DNA of 64,000 nt from the NCBI GenBank assembly GCA_028534125.1, contig CM052818.1, positions 42,968,001 to 43,032,000 of the forward strand, read 5' to 3'. Below, piece after piece: positions 1 to 13,626 of this stretch. Every line of letters starts with the position of its first letter. The first letter of the stretch is position 1. Made by a program: the position numbers and the translations under genes. The notes beneath the pieces are model-generated. The model made no database searches. It was not told where the DNA came from and was given only the letters and a program-made list of their open reading frames with translations. The stretch is from Lama glama (lineage: Eukaryota).

Positions 1-528
1 AATTTTGCATTCTCTGCAATTACTACATGAGCTTTAGAGAAAGAAGAACCATTTCGTGTGGACCAGAGGGGATCTGAAACAAAAAGGAAGATGGTACGGA
101 AACCCACAAAACCAAACAAGCAAGAAAGCAAACAAAAACAGTATCTAGGCCACAAGATTTATTAGCCCAGTTACTACTACGCATCAGAAGTACTCTGTGG
201 AGCTGAAACTGGTAATTAAACGTTGCAGGCACATAGTCATATCTGTTTGCACCTCTAGGTGCATGTCCACACAAAAAGATAACCTAGTGAGCTATGTTTA
301 ATTTCTGCTACAGTTTGGACACTGATTTTCAAAATAAACCTTTCATTATCTTTCTAAATTCTTTAATTAAAAGAATACATCACGGTACATTTTCTAAATC
401 CTCAAATAAAAGTATAAAAAGGCTTATGGGACCCTTATGAAATAGGGTATAGAAGCACTTACATTTAAAAGGTTCTATTCATATAGTTTTATAGATAGAC
501 ATAGACATGGATGATATTAGATAGAGGG

Positions 529-550
529 GTGTGTGTGTGTGTGTGTATGT
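529..550. repeat. (GT)n microsatellite
   Basis: Run of gt dinucleotides seen directly. Confidence 0.9.
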
Positions 551-829
551 ATCACCCATTATACAATGCCAGTTCTAGGGTTATTTGGTCTTTAAGGTCA
601 GAGGATAAAAATCTTCTGAGGTCTTGCTAAAAATGAAAGAACACTGAATTCCATTACCCTTACGGGCCACGCTGAGTACCAATGTACAAATAACTCGGTG
701 AGTTTAACCACTATAAGAGTTCACAGAGTAATTACAGGAGTATAAGCTTTTAATCACTGCCAACTGGTGCCAACTAAGGAAATCACATTTGCCAAAGCTT
801 GAGAGATGTCTATGGTTCTCTGTCTCCAA

Positions 830-1000
830 CACCGCCTCCCTTCTCCAAGGGCAGAATGGTCCTACTGGGAACTGTCCTTTCCTCCACTATATCCAGCGTA
901 AGCTATTGTGATGCTACGCAGCCCCATGCTAGCCACAACTGAATGATCCAAGGCTTGGCTCTTGACCCAAGATGTTCTTTCAGATGTTGTGTCCAGGACA
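830..1000 (+). mobile_element. Degraded ERVL-type LTR fragment (LTR16-like)
   Basis: gggaactgtcctttcctccact ... gccacaactgaatgatccaagg ... tgacccaag resembles the recalled LTR16-class consensus; boundaries approximate. Confidence 0.35.
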
Positions 1001-1225
1001 TCAAGTAGCCACTTTCAGGGCTAAAATTACGTGTTAACACTCCAAAGCAATTGGTGACCAGCTGAACACAACAGAAACCTAAATTTATTTGACCTTGTAT
1101 ACTTTATAATTTCTATCTAGGCTTTGATTTTCCAGTCAAAATAAATTAGGAGTTGGGGAAGGCAACATCTAAGATCCTTTCAGACTTAATATTCTATGAG
1201 ACAAGGGCACTCATACCACTAATTT

Positions 1226-1537
1226 TATTTTATTTTATTTTTTATTGAAGTATAGTTGATTTACAATGTTGTGTTAGTTTCAGGTGTATAGCAAAGTGAT
1301 CCTTTTCAGATACTTTTCCATTATAGGCTATTACAAGATATTGAATATAGTTCCCTGTGCTATACAGTAGGACCTTGTTGTTTATCTATTTTATATATAA
1401 TACTGTGTATCTGCTAATCCCAAACTCCTAATTTATTCCTCCCCCTCTTCCCCTTTGGTAATTATAAGTTTGTTTTTTATTATCTGTGAGTCTATTTCTG
1501 TTTTGTAACCAAGTTCGTTTGTATCCTTTTTTAGATT
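1226..1537 (-). mobile_element. Young 5'-truncated L1 3' end (cetartiodactyl type)
   Basis: T-rich tail, then tttattgaagtatagttgatttacaatgttgtgttagtttcaggtgta. TSD tcat(a/t)ccactaattt at 1211-1225 and 1538-1552. Confidence 0.92.
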
Positions 1538-1872
1538 TCATTCCACTAATTTAAATTTTTCTCTAGAAAATGTCCACTCTGGGCTCTACTTTTATGTACA
1601 CCATGTTCACTGACGGCAATAATCACATGGAACTAAAAAGAATAAACACCTACTTCTAACCTAAAAATCCTTTGAGATATACCCCATTGAGCATCAGACA
1701 GATTCATAAGCTTTTAAATCAGAAAATAAAGTAGGAACAATTCTGAGGAACACAGAAAGGAATGAGGCAGCTTTTATGACACTTCTCAGTCAGAGTTCTA
1801 AGGATCTAAAAATTTCAAGCCTACTCAAAATGCCAAATATTTAATCACCAGTGATTTAAATACATTGGGGTA

Positions 1873-2089
1873 CAGCTGACTCCTGAAACACAGGGGTTTG
1901 AGCTTCGTGGGTCAACTTGTAGGTGAATTTCTTAACAATAGTAATAATATGGTACTACATGATCCACAGTCAGTTGAATCCATGGATGTGGACCTGCAGA
2001 TACAGAGAGCTGACTACAAGTTATACTTGGATTTTCAGCTGGATGGAAGGTCAGAGCCCAGAATCCCTGTGCAGTTCAAGGGTCAGCTG
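1873..2089. mobile_element. Tigger2-derived MITE (MER8/Tigger2a-like)
   Basis: Terminal inverted repeats cagctgactcctgaa ... ttcaagggtcagctg flanked by TA at 1871-1872 and 2090-2091. Confidence 0.85.
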
Positions 2090-2529
2090 TATATGCTTCT
2101 TTTCTGAGAATCTACATGAGGATTTCTCCTAATTATTATACAATTACCTATACACTTATTTGTATAATATCCACCAGTCATGATCTCAAAGAATATAGTC
2201 TAATAATAAGTGTGAGACAATTGTTTTTAAAGAAAAAAGGAAAGGAAAGGAGAATGGAAAAGAGGTAAAGAAGGAAAAAAGAAAGAAATGAGAAGAAAAA
2301 GAAGACGTATATCACAGAATAGAACTGGAAATTCAAAATTCTGTGGGATAGAAGCTGTGAAAACTGAAAATAAGGCAGTACAGAAATAAACAAAGATGAG
2401 ATGCAATGTGAAAACAGCTGTGATTTCCTGAGCAGTGTTGCCTCGGTTCCAGTTTCACTGGGCAGTGTTACAATTTACTCAGAGTCTGTAACGTGCTATT
2501 CATTTAGCTTATATTTTCAGTTTCTGAGA

Positions 2530-2660
2530 TCCTCATAATGTACCCAATTAGGTAGGTTTACTGATTCGGTTTTTAAAAGAAGAGGATTCTAAAGTTTAGT
2601 GAGTTTTGACCAAGACCATGAATAATGAGAGGGACAGAATTTCAAGTCACTTCTGCTTAT
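2530..2660 (-). mobile_element. MIR fragment
   Basis: Degenerate MIR core (atcctcataat ... tgaccaagaccatga ... gaatttcaagtc). Confidence 0.45.
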
Positions 2661-2791
2661 GTTCTTTGAACTATTGTTTTTACAAATGTATGTAATGGTC
2701 CAAAAGCATACAAATAACTCCATCATTTCTGAAAGGAAAGAATGCGGTCAGCCAGGACCTGTGGCCCTTCTGGATGGAAGATCTTCTAGAA

Positions 2792-2979
2792 CAGTGGTTC
2801 TCAAAATGTGGTTGGGGGTCCAGGACCATCAACATCAGGTGGGAACTTGCTAGAAATGCTAATGCACATCCCCTACCCACAAATCTACTAAACCCAAAAA
2901 TAGGGGATGGACTCCAGCAAATCTGTTTTAATAAGACCTGAATGTAATTCTGATGTATGCTCAAGTCTGAATACCAATA
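2792..2979. mobile_element. MER5A hAT-Charlie MITE
   Basis: cagtggttctcaaaatgtgg ... gaacttgctagaaatgc ... tgctcaagtctgaatacca; preceded by the Charlie-type target ttctagaa. Confidence 0.85.
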
Positions 2980-3669
2980 CCAAAACCTTATATTTCAACT
3001 TTTTTTTTTTTTTTTGCCATTTAGGGTATGGCTTACAACCATTCTTCCAATTCTCCTCCAAACTATGAAACGTGTGATACTTTACACAGGACCATTTTGA
3101 TAATCTTTAAAAGTCCAGTGCTAAGTATTGTGAGAGATTCCAACAGATGCAAAAGTAATTAAGTCTCTGGTTTTTAACAACTTAAAATCTAGTGAAGGAA
3201 AACAAACACATAATTAACTTTAAGACAAGATAAACTGTGATAAATACCCAAACAGGAAAACATAATGGATTCAAAATACAGGGCACAGGAAATAGTTCTA
3301 AGTAGGGGCAACGTGGAATGTCTTTCCAACAAAGGTGCAAGTTTAGCATGGTCTTTAAATAATCAACAGGATCTGAGCATAACCATAGTGAGGGGAGCCA
3401 GGTTGGTAATAAGTAGGGAACAAAGGTGATTAGCATGGAAGAAATGATGTTAGAGGGTGTCCACCCAATCTCCATACATTCTACTCTGTGTTCTCTTCCC
3501 TCCACGCCTCCCCTAACTTTGTCGCCCGTTCTGGGCAGCTACTCTGGCTGTTCAACAGGAAATAGATTCCCCATCTAATTTCACTTTCTGCAACCTCAAC
3601 TTCCCCTTCACTACATTGATTACAATTGAAATCGCTCTACTTAAAAATCTCTTCCCATGTCCTTCCATG

Positions 3670-3790
3670 ATACTGTAAATTCATTAGGACAAGGACCACC
3701 AAGTCTATCTTGTCTACCCATACGTATCTATCACTGAGTGCAGTACCTATTCCATAGCACGCATACAATGAATATTTGCTTATGAAAACT
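3670..3790 (+). mobile_element. L2 3' end
   Basis: ctgtaaattcattaggacaaggacc ... cagtacctattccatag ... aatgaatatttg matches the L2 terminus pattern. Confidence 0.6.
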
Positions 3791-3824
3791 ACTAGATATC
3801 AATGTGGGTTGAATTATTATCATG

Positions 3825-4040
3825 AAGGGGAAAAAGATGGTCTTTGGAATCAGACAGACCTAGGTTCAAATTCCGGATCTTGTCTCTCTTAAGCTGAGTG
3901 ATGTTTGGTAATCTTCTTAACTCCTCTGTTCTCAAGGTTTTTCATTTTAAAATAGAGGTAAACTGACTTTACTGGAATGTTATGAGAAAATTTATTGAAA
4001 CTACTTGGCACATCAACAACATTTTGTAAAATGATAACAA
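3825..4040 (+). mobile_element. MIR
   Basis: tttggaatcagacagacctaggttcaaattcc ... cttaactcctctg is the MIR head and core. Confidence 0.8.
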
Positions 4041-4499
4041 TATTTAATGCCATGTACAGGCATTATCTAGAAGACAGATAAGATCTAATAAAGGTTATTG
4101 AACATGGAGAGGAAAAAAAGACACTTAGGGGAATGAAGATGCTATAAAGCCTTTACTGGCTCTATCCAAATGACTATCATGACCCTTCAGTGATAGCTCA
4201 GTGAGGGAGGGAGTAAAGGACCCATGTGGAGAAGCAAAGGGATGAGGAAGAGATGCAGAAAGAGAGAGAGGAGACATTGAGAGAGAAAAACAAGAGCGGG
4301 AGAGCAAGGGATCCTCCTCCGTGGCCTCTGCCCCCAGGTTAGTGGGGGGTTTCTCATTGTCTCACGATACGTAGAATCATCCCCATAAAGCACTGGACAC
4401 CTCTGTTCCTACCTGTTCTTTGTTCACCCACTTGTACTCTGCCCATCTGTAAGTAGCAGACATCTAGTTCCAGATAAGTGACTAAAGGTAGATGCTTAC

Positions 4500-6780
4500 A
4501 TTGACACACAAAATTTAAAAGGAAAAAAAGCCACTAACAACAGAAGTAACAGAGTGTATGTAAGAAATGGAAGATAATTTTTCTTGGAAATTTAAAGTAG
4601 CATCTCACTTTTTAAAGTATAAAAAATATTAACTAATTAGCAAAAGAGTCATGGCAAGATATTGAATTTCTGAGTTATAAAATCCCCCATAAAGACAAAA
4701 ATAAATGATAAGAGAAAAAAAAATATATAAAGGCCATAAAAGAAAAATCCAGGGATTTCAATAACTATCTAAAAGAAAATTTTAAAGAAGAAAGACTGGA
4801 AGGGATTAATTAAATAAATTGTAAAAGAGTTACATGATCAGATTGAAAAGTTCTAACTTGTTCCAAGTGGGAATAATAAAAATGTAACCACAGTTAAGAC
4901 ACATGCTAATCTACTTTTTGAAATCTAAGGATAAGTCCTTTTTAAATGTTTTTCAAACCCAAAATTTTCTGGGAAAGAATAAAATTTATGTAGAAAATGA
5001 AGAATATCATGCCGACATCAGATTTTTTATTTGCAAAATGCATACAAAAGACTGCAGTATTTGAACTTCTGAGAAAAAAAGTTTGTTTTCAACCTGAAAT
5101 TCTAAACCCAGAAAAATGATCACCCTTCTATTTATCATTTCCTACAAGTGTGAAGGCAAAATTACAGCAGTAAAGTCATAAGTAATTATTAAAAAATTTT
5201 ATGTGATTTTAAAAAATGGCTCCTAATAAAAGAATGACAAAATATTAAAGATTTTCTAATAATTTGAAACTATTACTGAAAGCTGTACCTCTAAAATCCC
5301 ACTAATATTTGGAAGGCAGCTTGAGATAGCTACCATTACATAGTATTTACTGATATTCTAAGCAACTGGAATTTATTTAATTCTAAAAGTGACCAGTTGA
5401 GATAAGTATCTTATTATCCATATTTTACAGAAGAGAAACCTGAGGCACCGAGAGTCCAGGTGAATTGCCTAAGGTCACATAGCTAGTAAGCATTATGGTT
5501 GCAATTCTGATTCAAGCTGGTCTCCAGCATCTGCACTCTTCACCATTTTTCTGTATATCACTTAGAGACAGGGATTAATTTATAAGATTTACATAAACTT
5601 CTAAGTTGAAACCTCCTGTTAAGAATTCAAGGGAAATCAATGAAGAACAGATTTAGTCTACCTTAGAAATTACTTGACATAAAAATAGGAACAAAGATTA
5701 ATCTAGTAAAAATAATGACAGCTGAAAGGAGAGGTCAGATAATAAAAAAAATTTACCATATATAAAAATAATCAAATGGCAAAGTAATTTTCAACATATC
5801 AGTGATCATAAGAGGTATGAATGGTTAAATTCCTGTATGAAAAGTCCAAGATTTTTACTCAGAGTAAAAAATAAAAAAATAAAAAAATAAATAAAATGCA
5901 GTATTATGGAATGTACAGATGACATACCTAAAAATATAAAGGGAGAGTTTGAAAGTAGACAAATATATATGAAGTGCATACACAAAGAAAACTCCAGGCC
6001 TAAGTGGTTTCACTGATTAATTTTACCAAGAACTTAATAAAGATATTACCAAAATAATTCACAGAATCTCCCAGAGTGTTGAAAAGCAGAAAACAATTTA
6101 TTCACAATTACTTGTGAATGTCACATAATCTTGATTAAAACCTAAGAGCTTACAAAAATAGAACACGGTCCTCCAAGCCCCCAAAGTCTCTTAAAAATAT
6201 AGATGCAAAAAATCCTACACTACGCATTAGCAAACAGAATCCAGTCATATACAACAGTAACAATACACCACAGCCGATATTATAAATATGTTTCATTTAA
6301 AACTAGAAAATTGATGGAATGCACTACATAAAAAAGAAAGAAAAATCATATGATTAATCAATGGCTACAGAGAAAGCATAAAATAAAATCCAACATCCAT
6401 CATAATAAAAGCCCTTCGTAAACTAGGAATAGAAAGGATTGTCATTATTCTGATAAAGAGTCTCTACAAAAACTGTACAGTTACCATCAGACTTATTAGT
6501 AAAATGTTCAATGCCTTCTTCCAGAGACTGGCAAAGAGATAATCATGATTTCTATAATCATTTCTATTCAACAATCTACCCAAAGTTATAGCCATTGCAA
6601 TAAGTCAAGAAAAAGAAGTACAGTTGATAAGAATTGGAAAAGGGAAATAATGTAACAATGGATATTCACAGATGACATAATTGTGTTTGCAGAAAATTCA
6701 AAACAATTTAAAGGAAAACCATGAAAATTCATAATTGAATTTAACAAAGTCTCTAACACAAGGTCAAAAAAAAAAAATCA
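4500..6780 (+). mobile_element. Ancient L1M remnant: ORF1-like part, ORF2 endonuclease start, internal deletion, RT part; interrupted by a MIR
   Basis: ttttcaacctgaaattctaaacccag (ORF1 FQPRILYP-like, ~5086); atatcagtgatcata ... aatggttaaattcc (endonuclease NVNGLNSP-like, ~5797); aaaactccaggcctaagtggtttcactg (SPGPDGFT-like, ~5988); ttcacagatgacataatt (FADD-like, ~6665). Many stops and frameshifts. Confidence 0.8.
5340..5550 (-). mobile_element. MIR inserted in the ancient L1
   Basis: attttacagaagagaaacctgaggcaccgagag ... tgcctaaggtcacatagctagtaag is the MIR core. Confidence 0.85.
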
Positions 6781-7530
6781 GGATGCCAATCTTTCCAAGA
6801 TAACTTTTACACAGTGCTTACCAAGCAAATTAATATATCTGGATCCTACTTCTGAAACTCACTTTTAAGTCAATACTTTATAAATTAGGATATATTTTCT
6901 CACAAACAGATGTTAACAGTAAATGAAACAGTTGCATTTATGGACTGGATATAATCCAGAGGTTAACAAGGTAGGGGATTCCTTTGTTTACCTACATTGG
7001 TATCATTCTGATGATTATTAATTATTTTTAAAATCAGGCTGAGAAATCATACCTAGGGTATGCATAAATAAAACTGAGTCTTAGCACTCTCCATTTTCTA
7101 AATCCCCGTTGAAGACAGCTAGCTGGTTTGCATAGTTTTGGAACCTGAATCTGAAATATAGCACCTCATCTTAAAATCCAACCATGGTCTGATCTCTTAG
7201 CAGGAGGATTTGCCATGTTATAGAACAGGCAGTGACTTAGCAGATGGAGAACTGGTTTCTAGACTTAGCAAATCCCTCATAAGATTTTATAAAATTCACC
7301 TAAATTTCCAAGTCCTCAATTTCCTTCTGGTTCCTGATGGGGGAAATATATCTGAGGTCTCTATTTAGAAGACATTGCTTTTCCCATGGCATGAATTCAA
7401 CATAACTGAAAATATTCAATTCCAGACCACAACTATAAGCTCATCTCCTTGAAATCAGTGTTAATCACATTACAGGGAAAAATTCAAAGAAACAAAATAG
7501 CAAATATTCTATTTTAAAATGCATATACAT

Positions 7531-8399
7531 GAAAAGATGTTCAACATTGCTAATTATCAGAGAAATGCAAATCAAAACTACAATGAAGTATCACCTCCAC
7601 ACCAGTCAGAGTGGCCATCATCAAAAAGTCCACAAAAAACAAATGCTGGAGAGAGTGTGGAGAAAAGAGAACCCTCCTACACTGTTGGTGGGAATGTAAT
7701 TTGGGGCAGCCACTATGGAAAACAGTAAGGAGATTCCTTAAAAAGTTAAAAATAGACTTACCAAAGGTTTAGCAATCCCACTCCTGGACATATATCCAGA
7801 GAAAACTCCAATTCAAGTGGATACATGCACCCCAATCATAGCACTATTTATAATAGCCAAGACATGGAAACAACCTAAATGCCCATCGACAGATGATTTG
7901 ATAAAGAAGATGTATATATATCTCACATATACATACATATATACACACACACACAATGGCATACTACTCAGACATAAAAAATAATAATGCTATTTACAGC
8001 AACAGAGATGGACCTATAGATTATTATGCTAAGTGGAGTCAGATAGAGAAAGACAAATATATGATATCACTTATGTGTAGAATTCAAAAAATGATACAAA
8101 TGAACTTATTTACAAAACAGAAACAGACTCATAGAAAACAAACTTATGGTTATCAAAGGGGAAGAGGGGGGTGGGATAAGATAAAAGTTTGGGATTAGCA
8201 GATACTAATTACTATATTAATAATAGATAAATAGCAAGGACCTACTGTATAGAACAGGAGACTATATTTAATATCTTGTAATAACCTACAATGAGAAATA
8301 CTATGAAAAAGAATATATGTATATATAACTGAATCACTATGCTGTATACCAGAAACTAACAACATTGTAAATCAACTATATTTCAATAAAAAATATACA
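7531..8399 (+). mobile_element. Young 5'-truncated L1 (ORF2 C-terminus plus 3' UTR)
   Basis: gaaaagatgttcaacattgctaattatcagagaaatgcaaatcaaaactacaatg ... gtaaatcaactatatttcaataaaaaa. Degenerate TSD aaaatgca(t/c)ata(c/a)at at 7516-7530 and 8400-8414. Confidence 0.93.
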
Positions 8400-9509
8400 A
8401 AAATGCACATAAATACTAAAATTCCTTTCGAAATCTAATCCTTATTCTTTTATTTATTCACCGGATACCAATAATGTGCCATTTTTAAGGATAAGACTCA
8501 GTCCTTGCCTTCAGAGAGTGCACAGTGGGAAATGAGAAAGCAATATTTGAAGTACTCAGGGACACTCTTCCTTGCAGTCTTTTCTGCTTATGGCCATTGG
8601 AGAGCAGGGAATTCAGACTCTGAGTCCCTCAAAGTCATGGACTGCACTTCACCCTCAGTAACTCATTCATGCTATTTCCAATCTCACTAGCCTTCTTTTA
8701 GTTCTCAACATGCCCATTTCTTTACTGCTTTAGACATTTCTCATCCTTTCCCTCTGAAATTACGAGAATTTAAATCACACAAAAAGTTGGAAATACATTA
8801 CACAGCTGTATTTTGCATTCCTGTGCTCACATTCCTGCATAAATTTCACTTCCTCTGATAGTATTTCCTGATAAGCTTATTCAAAATAGTGCCCTCTCTG
8901 CAGTCTTTCTTAACTCAACCCTTTGTCTTCCTTTGACCTTTGTTCCTATTATGACATCAGTTTATTAGGACAAATCATTTATTAATTTTTGAACTTACTA
9001 TTTCAAAATAAACCAAAAGAAATTAGAGGTCTTCCCTATATATCATTGCACCTCAGATCTCAGCACAATTTATTGGATAAATGTTTATCCAAATTTTATT
9101 TAGTCTATATTTTTAATATCTGAAAGATCCAATAAGAACTGACTACAATTACATCCTAGTTTCATTTTAGATGGAAATCCCTTCTCTATTTTACATCTTT
9201 TTTTTTAAATTAATGGCTTTGAAAACGGAAATTGTGTAAAAAAGTATTCGTTCCCTTTTATCATAGAAAATCATTGTGCATTTTATTATTGGCTAGATTT
9301 CCACCTATCTGAATTTTTCCACCAATAAATACAACTCATCTCTCAAGGCCCTGTGGGAAGCCCCAAGCACCTTAACCAAGGAGCTTCTTGTCTTTCTTTG
9401 GCCTCGTGCCCTCTGGTATCCTTGCTACTCACTGGGTACCACTCCCATGATGTGTTGGATGGTTGTCTAAATTCCAAGGTGTGAGCTACACAGTAGCTTC
9501 CTACAACAG

Positions 9510-9680
9510 CTTTGCCATAGATTCACTAACTGTTTTCATATTAGTGGGCTTGGGTTGCTAGCAAATATTTCATGATTATAAAAAGGTTGTGACGAACACC
9601 TTTGAACATGAAGCTTTTATTCATTTTCAGATTTTTACACAGTACTGGAATTACTTGGTCAAAGCACACCATATCTTATC
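9510..9680 (-). mobile_element. Old L1M fragment
   Basis: tgggttgctagcaaatattt ... ttgtgacgaacacctttgaacat ... ggaattacttggtcaaag resembles antisense L1 3' ORF2. Confidence 0.5.
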
Positions 9681-9749
9681 TGATGCACTGACTGACTCTA
9701 GAAACTTTATCATCCTTAACACTGGCTTTTTAATAACAGAAGAGCTAAC

Positions 9750-10340
9750 CTGATATTTTATCTCCAACACTTGAAAAATGGTATCGTCCAATTGCAAAGA
9801 GCTTTGATGTTATGTGGGGCCATGGTATGGCTTCAAAGAGATAACCCTGTTAAACCCCATGCAGACAACTTGAACATTAACCTTTCATCACTTCCTCCAT
9901 GGAGCCTTGCTTGCCAGACACAATTCGAATAGCCTTTTCTCTGGGTGTTCAGGTACACAAATGCCAACTACTGGATGTTTCTTTCATGGGTTTGTTTGAG
10001 ATCTCCTCGCAGAAGCTCTTCCAGAGAAACACTCCAGAGTATCGATGATACGGTCCATAGACTAGATGGCCTATTGCCTCCTTCCATTCCTCAGCTTCAT
10101 TATCTAATGGTACAACTCCAACTTCTGTCTGCTATCGCTGATTCACTCCTGCCAGGAAGCCCACTTGGATACAGTTTTTTCAATATGACTACAACCTGGC
10201 TCCCTTCATCAGGGTCCACTTGACTCTCATGAAAACTCACAAATACGTGTCCAGTTGTGAGATGAAGTCTAGGACTCCCACTGCATTTACCTCTGCTCAC
10301 CCTACTGTCAGGGCAGCTCTGGTCAGCTTCTCATTGCCAG
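9750..10340 (-). mobile_element. Probable ancient CR1/L3 LINE remnant
   Basis: The reverse strand has ordered blocks similar to the recalled L3 3' ORF2: aggtaaatgcag..agtcctagactt, caactggacacgta, ggaaggaggcaataggcc, ctctggagtgt, cacccagagaaaaggc. Confidence 0.4.
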
Positions 10341-10479
10341 ACTTTTTCAAGTAAAATTATGCACCAGTCCCCCAATATCTGTCTTCTCAAATACAGCTCT
10401 GGGCCTTTGGTAACAATGGGCCTATGGGTTCTGCCCAAAGGAGGTGGTAGAGAGCTGATGCTAGTGGACTTGGATGCTG

Positions 10480-10680
10480 ACGTGGAACCGTACTGTTGAC
10501 AGAAGTGTGGGCTTGCAGCCAGGAGACCTGAGTTTCAGTCTGATTTCTGCCGCTTTTAGATTTTATGACTTTAGGAATATTAATCATCCAAGTTTCCGTT
10601 TTCTCAAGAGTCTATAATATTATGCAGATTAAGAAGGAAAATGAGTGTGACAGTGCTGCAGGCCACAGAGCTTACACAGA
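10480..10680 (+). mobile_element. MIR
   Basis: gggcttgcagccaggagacctgagtttcagtctg ... tgactttagga ... agtttccgttttctca. Confidence 0.65.
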
Positions 10681-13379
10681 CATGCTCTAAATTTTGCTTT
10701 TATTTTTATACTTTTCTCTTAAATTCATAAGAACCGTACCACCAAGAAGGGAACTCTCTTTTTACAAAGACATCAGGCCTCCCCTTCCCCTACGGATAAT
10801 CTGGTTCTCATGGGAGTCCTTTGTGAAGATTTGCACAGTGGATTTGTGCATTCTCACCTGAGAATGAAATTCTTCACTCTCCAAGTCAGTGATCTCCCTT
10901 TTTAAGGGTCCAAAGGCCCATGATTTGAAAGAAAGAGTGAAGGGATGGAGACTTGAGACTAAGCCTGAGGACTTCTTTACCTGACACTTGACCTCTTCTT
11001 ATCGCTTTTATATTTTTCTCACTTGACACACCTGCTGCAGCTGAGACAGGCAGGTAACTGTAAATTATTTTCTCATCCTTATTCCTCCTAAATATGTTCA
11101 GAATTAGTTTCAAGGAGGCATAGGAAAGTATGTTCCTTTCAATATTTCACCCACCATACAGTGCTGAAATCAGATCTTGAGTTTGATCAAGTCATTGGCC
11201 GTGAAAATAATGAATTAATCCGGCATTGATTCAAATTACGTACGTGAAAAACAGATGAGCTGCTCCACACTCTTTGGAAACAGAATAGTTTCCTTTGTGT
11301 AAGCTTTAATTACGAAGGACACTTTCTCTAACCTCTCTGGGTTAATAGAGAGTCTTTGTTATCTTTAGGCATATTTTCCACTAGTGCCTTGGTCTTCCTT
11401 TTCTTCTCAAAGTTCTCCTAGACTGACTAATATTGGGTACCATGAGGGGCACTTAACAAGATAAAACAAAAAAATCAAATGTAGGCTATACATTCATGTC
11501 GCCATACTTTGTGTTTGCATGGCTGTGTTCCGAGAATGTTTGTCCTATTATTTATTTATTCATTCAACACACATTTACTAAGAATCTGCTCTGTGCCTAG
11601 AATTCTGTTATCAAGATTCAACCTATCCTTTAAGAGCCAGTTATAGTGTCACCTCTTCTATAAGTAAGTCCTGTTTTGTTCAATTGGAATTATTTTTTCT
11701 CATGTTATTGGCCAATAGTAGCTTTTAAAAATACTTGTAAGATTATATCCTATAACAATTGTCTCATAATGAATTGTGTCCATTCCTATCTCCTTCCACT
11801 TGACATTGAGTGTAATTCAGAGTCTGCATAGACAGAATAAAATTTGACCACTGCCTCTCCTTTCTGCTGGCGTATAAACCCCATTAGAACAGGGACCATA
11901 TCCTGACGTTCACTGATGTTTTTCCCAGGGCCTGTCCCCATCTCTAGTACATAGAAGTCATAGAATAAATTCTCGTATAATGAATGTGGGAATGAATACT
12001 CTCCTGAATTGGAATTTTGGCATATACCAATATGGGGCAAGAGTAATATGGTGTACAGTTTGAAGACTTTCCTTGGGATTTGCAAACTGGATGAAGAGGA
12101 ATTCAGAATGTATCAGGAGAGACTTGATTAATGCTGTTGTTGCTGTTATTCTTATTTTTGCTAAACCCTTGGTGAATACATACTGGAAGATACCCTGTTT
12201 TATATCCATAAGAGCTTTCAGTATGGATTGATGTTAATTTTACGATCAACTTCATATAGAACAGAAAGTCCTAAATTATTTCTAATATTTTATGAACACA
12301 ACTTCTTGCTTTAATATGGCTGTTGCATTAATGTGTCTAATTTCCTGATTCCTTGCATACCTTCTGCCCTCGTCATGGGGTAGGAGCTATTTGAGATGAT
12401 TGGGGTTTGTGAACCATCTTTCTTAGAACTATGTGGCTAGCTCAGCTCCTGGTATGAAAAGACATCAATACATGTCACTTCTATTTCCTTTCTCTTAATC
12501 TGGGTGAACAAGACCAGAGCTTTGTTTTTTATATAAGGACCCAAAAGCTCCCTGAAGTGCTGTGATCACCCCAAGTACATGCTCAGTGGGCTGGCCGAGC
12601 TCAGTCCAGCTCCCGTGATTTTGGTTCTTGCCATCCTTCTCTCAATGTCAGCACAGGCCAAGGGCACTTCCCGTTCATCATTCCTTAACACTGTACCTGA
12701 CAGATATTTTTCTCTTCCTTTTTAATAACTTGCATGTTGGCTGGCATTCACATAGGCAAAGAAGATTTTGCACTGGGCACTCAGGGACGCCATTGTACAG
12801 TTCTGCCTGCATAGTCCCCTTAGAAGGCTTCACTCAGAGGTTGACCCGAAACCTCAGATAGTTGTGCATTGTTTTCACTTTCAGTTGATGACTATTATTT
12901 CAGGCATGCAATCGATGTAAATAGGAGAGACCAGTGCATGGGGAGGATAGCAAGTTGTGTCGCCAGCATCACAATGCTAAAGCAGTAATCTCGGTGTTTG
13001 CGAGGGTGGAGGAACAAGAGTGTTAAGAGGAAACTCACTCTTTTATGTTTGCCATTGTCACATGTGCTCACTTTTCATTTGTTGATACCACAGAGTAGTT
13101 CCCACTTCAAACTCTTTCTTGATAGCTTGCCTATACCAGAAATGCTGGGAAGCAAACATCTACATTTTCTTGACTCTCTTACTGTTAAGCTTAAGTTTGT
13201 GACTGTGATTTTCTCAAGGATTTGTTTTCTTTAAGGATTTTCTCAAGATTTCATTATCCACAAAAATTTTGGAGGTAGAAATAAAGGATCCATGTGTGAT
13301 GACAGCAGTACTCCAGCTGATCCCAGCTTCTGAAAGCATGACGACAGAGACTTACATTCTTCCAGATCAGAAGTCTCTG

Positions 13380-13626
13380 CGGTACCAAGAAGCATCATCG
13401 GTACCACAAGAGGTTATGGCAAAAATGATGTGTTCTGCTAAACAGTCCAGTGGTGTGACTGACATTTCTCTGAATGTACTGTTTCTGCCTGCATTATTCT
13501 GATTATGTAGTGTACAAGCCTAGCTCCTGGGCCCTCCTGGAAATTTAATGATTAATACTCTTTATTATTTTTATTTGAAATAGATAGAGTGAATTTTGTT
13601 ATCTACAGTTAAGAACTCAATAATGC
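13380..13626 (+). mobile_element. Old ERVL-type LTR 3' part
   Basis: Ends tagatagagtgaattttgttatctacagttaagaactcaataatgca, similar to ERVL LTR termini. Confidence 0.45.
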
